Source: Macrostomum lignano (taxonomy: Eukaryota). Taken from it: DNA of 64,000 nucleotides. The stretch lies in assembly GCA_002269645.1 (NCBI GenBank), contig NIVC01001267.1, positions 1 through 64,000 on the forward strand, written 5' to 3'. The first letter of the stretch is position 1. Every line of letters begins with the position of its first letter. This document shows, piece after piece, positions 11,213-21,681 of the stretch. The notes beneath the pieces are model-generated. The model was not told where the DNA came from. It worked only from the letters and a program-made list of their open reading frames with translations, and ran no database searches. The position numbers were made by a program, and so were the translations under genes.

Positions 11213-12024
11213 TAAATCAAGCCAGTTAAAGACAAGTTACGATGACAGTAAAAATACACTGTGCTTTGAAAACATAGAATGATTAAATTGATGCCCCCAG
11301 GATTAAATTGAACTTCGCTATGCCAACGAGCGTCGACCATAGACAGAAAATTTTCAGTCTCGCAAGCCTGATTTCCGTATCTATGATTAAATTGAAAGCT
11401 TGCAGTACCAACTAGGCCGCAAAAAGGAATATTACAACGGTACTTAAGGTAAACAGCTGATGGAATCGACAATAATAGGACGTTGCGCGACCGTTTTACA
11501 CGTACCAGGAACAAAAATCTTGTGTCTGGACCCTAAGTCCAATAGTGAGGTACGCTCGTAGAAAGAGCCAGTAACAAGTAGCAAACTCTATGTTATAGAT
11601 TAAATCAGAATGCCAGAAACTATTTTATAAACAATGACAACTAATTATTAACTATCATTGCTATTATTACTAATAATTATTAAATAATTATTAGCTATCC
11701 TACAAGAGATTAAATTTATGCTGAGTTCATGCACAGGGAATAGAGATGAGCTATATTACCAAATGTTACATGTACATGACAATTGTAATTAATGCTTCCA
11801 AAAATACAGCAAAGTACATGCAAATAGAAAATGGAATTTGGAAAGGGGAGTAATTGTACATCAACTGAACAGAATACATCTACAGTCCACTTAGTCAAGG
11901 GTTGCATGTATGTATAATGTACACCCGTACGTCGCGGCTCGCGGTACAGTACAATACTTGTACATGTATCTGCATACAACTGATAAAATCATAACGCAAT
12001 GCTTGAATGATCTTTTAGTTTTGC

Positions 12025-13251
12025 CTAACGAAATAAGGGACTAAAAAAGTTGTACAATCGATGCACTTCAAAAGCCACGTTGACAACTAACGATATTCCG
12101 TCGATTGCTGTTTCTAACGTGCTTGTATCTCTTTGTTGATGTTGCATCACATCTTCTCTCACGCGCTTTTCCAACTCCAGTCTCTCCCGTTCCTTCCTGT
12201 CATTTTCTTCTCTCTTCCTCTTTCTCTCCGCCTCCTCCGCCCTCCTCCGCGCCGCCTCCAGCTCCACAGTGGTGTACATTCTGCCTCGACTACTGACGAC
12301 CAGATTCTCAACCTTGGACAGCAGAGCTTCGATCTGCCTGTCCTGAACAGCTCTGTCGCACCGTCTGCCATTGTCCACCAGGGCGAATCGATTGCCGCAT
12401 CTGGTAAGCAGCTGGTCCAGGTATGGGATCTGCTTCCTGCGTTTTGGGTACAAATAGCCAGCCAGTAATTAAAAGCCAACTATTAATTGATACCTAATGC
12501 ACCAGTAAGACTGTACAATGATCTCTTTATTGTCTATAGCGCATGATCTTCAGAACTTACAAAAGTACATGTACTAAAATAAGATATCAAATATAAAAAA
12601 TACATATACACACAACTGCAAAAAGCTTTAGTATCGCGTGATTCCATCATTGCGCTAATGCAAGTTGTGTCTGTACATGTACATGTACATTCTACAGCAA
12701 ACTGGACTGAAGCTTCGTCGAATCCGTCCTTTCTGCTTTTAGCGCGATTCAATTACGAGTACATGTACATTACATTATAGTTACCTTATGCTTTGTAGGT
12801 CTCTCGAAAACTCGAACTCGTTGTTCTTGTACTCGTCTCCGTGGCTGAACACAACGATGGCGTGCTTGTAGAACTCGTCGCCGAACATCTCAGCGACCAC
12901 CTCGATGGCCCGTCTCTCCTCAGCCGTAAACTGAGCGTCGCACTTCAGCACCACCAGGAAGACGTCGAATCCTTCCGGACAGAAGCCAATGGCTCTCCGA
13001 ATCTCGGTCTTGGCCTTCTCCTCGTCTGCAACGTCCATGGTTCCGGGAGTGTCGACCACAGTGAGGTCGCGACCTCTGGCGCGAGTTGAAATGCGCTTGC
13101 AGCTTTCGGTACAGGACAGCATGCCGCGGCCCACCTGGAACTGAGTTGTTTTCAGCAAGGCGTTCGCCAACGAGCTCTTTCCGCTTCCGGTCTTGCTGAC
13201 GAGAAGCAATGCCGTCCCTCGGGTGTTAGCAAATCTAGCTTGGGTCAACAT
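12025..13251 (-). CDS. AIG1/GIMAP-family GTPase C (2 exons, ~292 aa), conserved-box Arg replaced by Gln
   Basis: Exon1 13251-12785 and exon2 12436-12025, phase-2 GT-AG intron at the same position as gene A. SKTGSGKS, DTPG, CDAQFTAEE, FSHGD. Confidence 0.9.
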
Positions 13252-13479
13252 TTCTTTTGTATAAACTACTCAGCAAACGCTTATTACACAGAAGTAGTCT
13301 GACAATCGTTTTGTGTTGTAGTATACGCGCGGCAGTGCAATAACAGAAAGGAAAACTGTTTTTTATAATGAGGTTCGAACGCATGACTAGTTAAAAAATT
13401 GAGTATTTTCTGTGGTTAACTCTCTACCCCACCCAAGAGATGCAAGCTATTTTAAGAAATTGCAAGGCTCGTAGTTCAT

Positions 13480-13605
13480 ACTCAGACTGAAGTTCCATCT
13501 TCCAGCTCCAGTGTTTACCGCACTTTTTTTGAGCGGTCTGGCTATGGTACAGTAGTCCATGTACATTCGGTAAGCACTAGAACTAGACGGAACTTCAGTC
13601 TGAGT
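13480..13605. repeat. 21-bp inverted repeat (small MITE-like hairpin) in the C/D bidirectional spacer
   Basis: ACTCAGACTGAAGTTCCATCT (13480-13500) versus AGACGGAACTTCAGTCTGAGT (13585-13605), one mismatch. Confidence 0.6.
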
Positions 13606-13855
13606 GAGTAACCGAACTCAACAAGAGTGAGGTAAACAAGTTTTGACAGGTAAGCTACTTATATCGACCCTACAAAAACAGCATAAACAGTTGACGGCAG
13701 CGACAAAAATAGGACAGTAGAGATCGAGCGTTTTACTAGGAACAAAAATATTGGGGCCAAGACTATAAGTCTTGCAGTCGGGGAGAACGGAGCCATTAAC
13801 AAGCAGTAAAGGCTATATACTAAAGGATTTAATGCCAGAAAAGATTTTTTTAAAA

Positions 13856-16268
13856 ATGACAACTGCATTGCTTCTGGTCAGCAAGACCGGCAATGGAAAG
13901 AGCTCATTGGCGAACGCCTTGCTCAACACCACAAGATTCCAGGTGGGCCGCGGAATGCTGTCCAGCACGGCAAGCTGCATGTGCATCTCAACTCGCGCCA
14001 GAGGTCGCGACCTCACTGTGGTCGACACTCCCGGAACCATGGACGTTGCAGACGAGGAGAAGGCCAAGACCGAGATCCGAAGGGCCATGGAGTTCTGTCC
14101 AAACGGATTCGACGGCTTCCTGGTGGTGGTGAAGTGCGACGCTCGGTTCACTGCCGAGGAGAGACGGGCCATCGAGGTGGTCGCCGAGATGTTCGGCGAT
14201 CAGTTCTACAAGCACGCCATCGTTGTGTTCAGCCATGGAGACGAGTTTGACAACGACGAGACCGAGTTTCGCAATGAGCTGCAGGAGATCAGGTAAAAGT
14301 TTCTTCAGTATTTTTCTACCTAACGTCTCTGAAAAGTGTTATCAGTTGGAGTATTTTGTGTTTCTCATCAGGTCTGAGCCTGACCTTGATCTTGCCGTTT
14401 GTGCTTGTAAATATATGTAATCAGCTGGTTTGGTAGCATTGATGGTTGTATTCAGAGTTCTAGATGGCCCGAGAAAGTCAGCTGTCTACACGACTGTGTA
14501 AATTTCTATGGTTTGGTTTATTATTACAGTTTAAAGCAATTTTTCTATGACAGTTCTGACAGTTATACATGACCTTTGTATGTCCTTTAAGTTATATTTA
14601 TGAACTCTTAATATATACTGACTGTGATATAACGTAGGTAAGATAACTGCTTCTACTGTATGTTAGGCCGCGAACTTTTCAACCAACCTTTCCTATGCTT
14701 CGTATGTCTTCCATGGTTTTTTGAAAAGTCAAAAATCCTCAGTGACTCTCTTTAGTCTCTAAGGTTTGATATGACTGCGTTATAATGTTTATCCTGCGTT
14801 ACGTAGAGCGTGATCGATTTAAACCTTGAATTTTCGCGTACATTGTTCTGGTTGCAACTTTGGCTAGCATCTTCCGAATTTCATTTTCTACTGATTGCTA
14901 ATGTTCCAAGATCTGATTTTATTTTAAAGATCTAATGCGACTTTTCTAAATCACGCTAGTAAGAGCATATTGTACGAACGTAGGTAAAAAGGGAGTTGTA
15001 GCCTAGGGCGGGGGTTGTTTTGTAACCTAGTGGTTAGTGGTTAGTGGTTAGTGGTTAGTGGTTAGTGGTTAGTGGTTAGTGGTTAGTGGTTAGTGGTTAG
15101 TGGTTAGTGGTTAGTGATTAGTGGTTAGTGGTTAGTGGTTAGTGGTTAGTGGTTAGTGGTTAGTGGTTAGTGTTTAGTGTTTAGTGGTTAGTGGTTTGTG
15201 GTTAGAGTCACGACTTGAAGGTCGGGGGTTCCTTTCTCGACCCTCACCGGAACAATTTATGTCCTTGAGCAAGACACTTAACTCTGCATTGCTTCAGTTC
15301 ACCCAGCTGTAAAATGGGTGCCAGCATTAGCTGGGGTAATTGAGTGTGTGTGTGGCGACCCCCCAGTCCTTGGACTGAACAGCCGTACGCAGCCTTCAGA
15401 TGGCCCGCGCTATAGCTGCAGCTGAGCTGTCGGTTGCTCATCTGCCCATTGGTGCAGGTGTGATCGATTGTTATTATTAATTACTATGTAAAGTAAAAAC
15501 ATCAGCATCACATGGTCTCTGTAACTTTTTCATTTGAAATACAGGAAGAAGATCCCCTACCTGGACCAGCTGCTCACCAAATGCGGCAATCGGTTCGCCC
15601 TGGTGGACAATGGCAGACGGTGCGACACAGCTGTTCAGGACAGGCAGATCGAAGCTCTGCTGTCCAAGGCTGACAGTCTGGTCGCCAGCAACGGAGGCAA
15701 AAAGTACACCTCTGTGGAGCAGAGAAATGCGGAAGAGGCAGAGCGGAAGAAAGCAGAGGAAGCAGAAGCAAAGAGGAGACAAGAGAAGTTGGAATTTGAG
15801 AGGCGTATTAGGGAGCAGGTGACCGCTGAGGTAAAGCAAGAGCAACAACAGAGCGTGGATTGGCTAGGTACTACGGTTAAAGTGATCGACATTGTTTCAA
15901 AAGTGACGAGTATTCCGGGTGTGTACAACGCGTTTTCGGGCTCCAATGCCACCGGCAATGCACCAAAACAAGCCAAAAGTTCTCAGGCAAGAGCAACTGC
16001 CCATGTTGCAAAGTCCCGTGGCTCAGCAAGGCCTGCACCGCCACCTCCTCCGCAACTCACTGGGGCTCGTCGTGAATTTTTTTTCAAAAGTTCTCAAGCA
16101 GGAGCAACTGCCCCGCCGGTTGCTCAGTCCCATGGCTCAGCGGGTCCAGCGCAACCTCCTCAACAACAATATGACGCTCAAGAAAGGCTTTTCGCGAACA
16201 GCTGGCAGCAAAGCTGCCTACAATTTTTAGCATCTATGAATCAAAACAACGGCAAGCCTAGCAGCTGA
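13856..16268 (+). CDS. AIG1/GIMAP-family GTPase D (2 exons, ~386 aa)
   Basis: Exon1 13856-14292 (alternative ATG 13832) and exon2 15545-16268, phase-2 GT-AG intron. SKTGNGKS, DTPG, ARFTAEE, FSHGD; long Pro/Gln/Ala-rich tail. Confidence 0.9.
14996..15452 (+). mobile_element. tRNA-derived V/Meta-like SINE in the GIMAP D intron, with amplified A-box
   Basis: TAGCCTAG...(GTGGTTA)n...GAAGGTCGGGGGTTC...GTCCTTGAGCAAGACACTTAAC...TTCACCCAGCTGTAAAATGGGTGCCAGC; tail matches 3646-3800. Confidence 0.72.
15028..15206. repeat. (GTGGTTA)n heptamer array, ~25 copies
   Basis: Direct reading of the sequence. Confidence 0.95.
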
Positions 16269-17222
16269 GTGTTTTTCGTTTCCGTTCGAATATTATGAAT
16301 GCGCTATTATTATTTTATGGTATAATATCTAAAATACTAATACGATATAATATACGAGCTAGCTACACGAATTGTCCGATAGCATTGCATTGGAGCTTTC
16401 TTCGAACAGCCGATCGAAAATGGTTGAAAGCGTCATTTTTACTGTTAATTCGATTCTGTCAAACCATTTTCTATTAATATAAATGTAGCAGAAAACAACT
16501 TGAATAAGCACTTCTAATATATATTCTGCCTTCGCATATATATACGCTTGTAAGTGTCCCGTTTAAAAACCGTTCTTGCAGCCACATCAACCTCTGTGCT
16601 TTTCTTTTATTGCTCATCGATGCACTTAATTCGTTCTTGTATTTTTTTGGTTTGATTTATGGTCTGTGCAATATACCAATATTGATGGGCTGCAGAATGC
16701 AGAAACGAGCTATGACGCCGAGTTGCGTAGCGCCGAGGAGTGTTAGCTCGTTTCTGACCGATGCGCCCCATCCATATATTAGTGTTATAGTTAGCGGCCC
16801 GCTGAGACTGTCTATGGTAAAATCCCATTTTCTCCAATTTATTCAGACGGTTTTACGGCCCGCTGAAAATGTCTATGGCAAATTTCAGAAGAAAGTGGGG
16901 TCAAGGGAGCGCGAAGCCCCTTGGGGGGGGGGGGGGGGGTGGGGGCTGCCCCCATGGAGGACAGAATTCTTTCCTCTTTGGTCACAGCCAGCTCGATTTG
17001 TTATGCTACTCGTAGATGGAACGATGGTCAGAAAAGAAAGAACTATTGGAGTTTTTATCTATTAAAGAAATAAAAACATAAATTAATGAGGCTTACTTTA
17101 AATCACAAAAACTCCAATCTTTAAGCAGATTCGCTGCAAACGCAATCCAAACAAACGGTTGCAGCACAGCTCCCAGCCAGCGCACTCGTCAGCAGCGATT
17201 GCGTGGCTAACATCTCTTCAGC

Positions 17223-17225
<3 letters not shown>

Positions 17226-17280
<55 letters not shown>
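17226..17280. repeat. (CT)n microsatellite
   Basis: Perfect dinucleotide run. Confidence 0.97.
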
Positions 17281-17283
<3 letters not shown>

Positions 17284-17600
17284 ACATGAATTTCCAACTG
17301 CTCAAGTGTCACGCCTTCCGGCGGAACTTGCTTCTGGCGAATTTTATACTCTGACTCGTCGTGCCATATAGCATGAAAAATCGAGTTCTCGATAGCTTGC
17401 TTTCTAGAGTTAATTCAAAACACTTGCCATTCATGTTTAATTCTATGGGCCGTTCTCAGATTTGCATTTTTTTATTTGTTCAGATTTAAGAGAGGAAGAT
17501 GAAACATTTAAAAAAATTGCCAAGGCAATTAATATTTGGCCGCCTCTACATGTACAAAACGGAGTACGGTGCATGTAACAATCGCTCTTCCTCATCAACT

Positions 17601-17759
17601 TTAGTCTCTGTCACTGTCCTCAGTTGAAAGCAAAAGCAACCAAGCATTTGCTGGCTGATGAGGCACAGCTGGTCGAATGAATATTGGTAACCCCATCATA
17701 GAATTACCTGTCTTACCTAGATGTCCCTGCCTGCCGAAAGTGACAGCAGTCAATAGCTG
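17601..17759 (-). pseudogene. Orphan C-terminal remnant of a seventh GIMAP (E-like)
   Basis: Minus strand translates QLLTAVTFGRQGHLGKTGNSMMGLPIFIRPAVPHQPANAWLLLLSTEDSDRD*, aligning with the gene E tail LLLAAVTLGNGGRQGGTGNPMMGLGL...AWSLSSSSEDSDSD*. The first 3' UTR bases also match. Confidence 0.8.
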
Positions 17760-18075
17760 GGGTGAAGGATCAGATAGGGTGAAGGATCAGATGGGGTGAA
17801 GGATCAGATGGGGTGAAGGATCAGATGAAGGGGTGAAGGATCAGATGAAGGGGTGAAGGATCAGATGGGGTGAAGGATCAGATGATGGGGTGAAGGATCA
17901 GATGGAATGAAGGATCAGATGAAGGGGTGAAGGATCAGATGGGGTAAAGGATCAGATGATGGGGTGAAGGATCAGATGGGGTGAAGGACCAGATGATGGG
18001 GTGAAGGATCAGATGGGGGTGAAGGATCAGATGGGGTGAAGGATCAGATGATGGGATGAAGGATCAGGGGTGAAG
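17759..18075. repeat. 17-bp minisatellite, array 3
   Basis: GAAGGATCAGATGGGGT units, some with 3-nt insertions. Confidence 0.95.
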
Positions 18076-18451
18076 TATCGAACAACTTGGAAGCCCCCTT
18101 TTCAGATATGTTATGTAACACAAGTGTGATTGAAATTATCAATCATTCAATGAAGCAATGTAGTTCCAAAAAATTTATAATTACCAAGTGTTCCAGCGTC
18201 AATTATATAAACAATGTACTTATGCCTGATATTCAAAATCACTATAGCGGGCAATTTTGCATGTTGTTTAGAGGAATTTAGATCCTGAATCCAGAAAATT
18301 TGAACTGTAGTACAAATACGAGCTTTCTAGTGGTTTCTATAAGTGCATGTAGAAAGGTTACATTAAAAAACTACAGGCCAAATTTGAGAGTTTTCAATGT
18401 TTCGATTGTTGCAATGTGATGCTTGATCAGTCGGCCAGTCCGGCAGGTGTC

Positions 18452-19045
18452 TTAGTTGGACCTCCGCGGTTGCTGCACCCGGTGCACTCGCACTCGCTGG
18501 TTTCGGCCGACCTTCGGCTCCCGACTTCCTTTGCGCCAGTCTGCGGCTTTCTTCCGCTTGGCTTGTTCCATCGCCGAAACTGTTGCCTTTTTCTGCTCCT
18601 TCCACGCCTTGTCTGCTTTCTGCATGTCCGATTGCAGCTCGCTAGCGGTGTAGTTTCTTTCTCTGATAATAGGCCTACGCTTAAAACAGTCCAAAGAGCA
18701 GATGTCGAACACCGAAGCGGTAAAAACTGGCGAAACATCCATTCTTCTTGGGGACTTCAGCATTGGAAAGAAGTCCATGATGCTGACTTCTCTCCAAAGC
18801 TCTGTCTCGGCGTTCCACTCGATAGCGCCGTCCACGGGAGTGTCGGCCAAAGTGAGGCAGCGACCTCTGGCGTGAGTTAAGATGCGCTTGCAGCTTGCCG
18901 TGCTGGAGAGCATTCCGCGGCCCTCGTCGAACTCCAAGGAGCTCTTTCCGCTTGTGGCCTCGCTGAACAGCCTGAGCAATGCTGTTTTTAGAGCTTCTTT
19001 GCTGTCCATTTTTCTAAAAAATCCAGCTGCAGAATGATGTTGCAA
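18452..19045 (-). pseudogene. Degenerate GIMAP-derived ORF F (frame open; likely ATG 19009)
   Basis: Eroded P-loop (FSEATSGKSSL), DTPV, no G4. C-terminal ~60 aa nearly identical to ORF B (AKRKKAADWR.GSREPKVGRNQRVRVHRVQQPRRSN*). Confidence 0.7.
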
Positions 19046-19437
19046 ATAAACCTACTGAAACTTCGCATTAATTTTTGCTCTGCGCCTAATGACTCTGTAT
19101 TTATTTAAAAAGAAAAAACAATTTAGTTCCTAGTTAAACGGTCGCAACTCCTATTTTTAGAAGCGCCAGTCCTGTCATGCATAATTTTAGCTGCAGCAGG
19201 CGGTCACTTGCAAGCTTATTGTGGTTTGCTAATTTGAAATAGACTGTTTTTTACCGAGTGAACGAGACAATGGAATTGTATTAATTATGACAACGCGAAT
19301 GCATTTGCTGGGTCTGGAATCTCGGGAAGGGGTTACTTTAATAGAGTATAAAGTGCGTGCAGATACGAATTAAATGTACATATGTATCAACATCCAAATC
19401 AGACCATCAAAAACTGGACCGAATGTGATTCTTCAAT

Positions 19438-19493
19438 GATCAGATGGGGTGAAGGATCAGATGGAGTGAAGGATCAGATGATGGTGTGAAGGA
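19438..19493. repeat. 17-bp minisatellite, short array 4 (end of duplication copy 2)
   Basis: Same first three variant units as array 2. Confidence 0.85.
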
Positions 19494-19904
19494 CCCATTT
19501 ACGGGCCCATTCACCTGTGTTGTAACAAGTTTGAAAAAAAAATAAAATAAAGCAATAATAACGAATATCTTTTAATACGCTCGTAGATATTATATCTGCA
19601 CGAGTAGTACGCTACGGACATGCATAGTTCCTTGTTTGATTGATCTGTGCATCGGCCTATGCCTGTTATAGATGTAGATCCATGCACGTTCAAAATTACT
19701 TATTTGGTTCCTTATTCAACGTCACAGCTATTATTAGACCGTTCGACAATGCTGCACTGGTGGAATGGTATGCTTAAAAGGAACCAAACCATTTTGCTGC
19801 TGTACTTCAATAATTCTTAACAACGGTGCTGCTTCATCTGCACACAGACATCTCCAATCAATAGATTCGTAGGAAGTCAATGGGATTCATTCTGCTGATT
19901 TAAA

Positions 19905-21319
19905 ATGGCCTTCAGCGTTAATGGCAACAAAAGAACAGGAAAACGAGTCGCAATGCTTCTTGTCAGCAAGACCGGAAGTGGAAAGAGCTCGTTGGCGAAC
20001 GCCTTGCTGGACACCAAGGAGTTCCAGGTGGGCCGCGGCATGCTGTCTGGCACTGCGCACTGCAAGTGCATCTCAACTCACGCCAGAGGTCGCGACCTCA
20101 CTGTGGTCGACACCCCTGGAACCATGGACGTCGCTGACGAGGAGAAGGCGAAGGAAGAGATCCGGAGAGCCATCAGCTTCTGTCCGGAGGGATTCGACAT
20201 CTTCCTGGTGGTGCTGAAGTGCGACGCTCGGTTCACGGCCGAGGAGAGACGGGCCATCGAGGTGGTCGCTGAGATGTTCGGTGATGAGTTCTACAAGCAC
20301 GCCATCGTTGTGTTTAGCCACGGAGACGAGTTTGACAACGACGAGACCGAGTTTCGCAATGAGCTGCAGGAGATTAGGTGCTGTTGAGTCCTATATATAT
20401 GTGCAATGTAACTGTGGGCTCATTCAGAATCATATTTGGCACTATTTGGAAGTCTCGGCCGATTAGCAAGCATCTTGTACAATTCAATCTCACGTCTGCA
20501 ACGTCTCAAGGACGCTATAAGTAGAGTCAGTCAAGACAAATATTGCATTTGAAATAAGCAAAATTGCCAAATATGCCAAAAAATCTTAATTTGCCCCCGG
20601 CATAACCACGAGCTGTTTTTTGTGGCAGAGACCTCAGATTGATGTCGGTATCGTCGGTGCAGGGTGTCGAAAAACCGTATGGGCAAGCAAGTCGACCCTG
20701 GGAAGCTGCCCAGTAATCTTTTACTTAATTACCTTTTTAACACCTGAAACACAGGAAGAAGATCCCATACCTGGACCAGCTGCTCACCAGATGCGGCAAT
20801 CGGTTCACCCTGGTGGACAATGGCAGAAGGTGCGACAGAGCTGTACAGGACAGGCAGATCGAAACTCTGCTGTCCAAGGCTGACAGTCTGGTTGCCAGCA
20901 AAGGAGGCCGAAAGTACACCTCCTTTGAGTTGGAGGCCGAGCGGAGGAGGGCGGAGGAAGCGGAGCGCAAGAAAGCGGAAGAGGCGGAGCGAAGGAGAGC
21001 CGCGGAGGCGGCGGAGAGGCAAGAGCGGCAGAGACTCGAAGTTGAGAGGCGAGTTAGAGCCGAAACTGACCAGTTTCGATCTCGCATGATGGCTCAGCAG
21101 CAGCATAGAACTCATCAGGAGGAAATTCTTCGCACTGTTGGAAATGTGATGCAATTCGGACTGCTATTGGCGGCTGTCACTTTGGGAAATGGGGGACGTC
21201 AGGGTGGAACAGGCAATCCTATGATGGGATTAGGCTTACGTCATTCGCCAGCTGCGTCGCATCCACCAGCTATCGCTTGGTCGCTGTCGTCATCGTCTGA
21301 GGACAGTGACAGTGACTGA
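19905..21319 (+). CDS. AIG1/GIMAP-family GTPase E (2 exons, ~345 aa)
   Basis: Exon1 19905-20377 and exon2 20755-21319, phase-2 GT-AG intron. The G-domain differs from gene A at only 3 of ~142 residues. Confidence 0.9.
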
Positions 21320-21681
21320 AGTTGATGAAGAACAGCGATTGTTGCAAGTACTGTAACACACAAATCATTTTATCGAGGCGCCCAATATTTATTGTCTTGG
21401 CCATTGTTTCATTTCCTCTCTTTTAAGCCCTGAATGTTGTTTTTGAACAAACTTTCTTTAACCTTAATCCGCAAAATCAAATCCACAAATCAAGCTTGGT
21501 TTGCACAACACGACTTTATTCTAACCATCAGATATGTGGTGTTAATACATAGTATTCTTTATAACCACACGTCACAGTTGCAAGCTACTATACATTACAG
21601 TATGTGAGCTTGCATTTCAAATACCTGTACATGTACAAGTGCATGCATCCCGATCCTTGCTTAAAAACTGAAAAATAGGTA

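Noticed and set aside
13340-13360. ISRE/IRF-like AGAAAGGAAAACT in the C/D spacer, and GAS-like TCTCGGGAA at ~8030 and ~19320
   Set aside because: Imperfect matches with wrong spacing or mismatches, expected by chance.
16700-16756. 13-bp perfect hairpin CAGAAACGAGCTA/TAGCTCGTTTCTG as a possible miRNA or ncRNA
   Set aside because: Stem too short with a 31-nt loop; the adjacent G-run and GCGAAGC motifs suggest a non-autonomous element end.
5129-21154. Short ORFs antisense to GIMAP exons (MAKHNDGVLVEL..., MADGATEL...)
   Set aside because: They recur only because the sense exons are conserved; no independent support.
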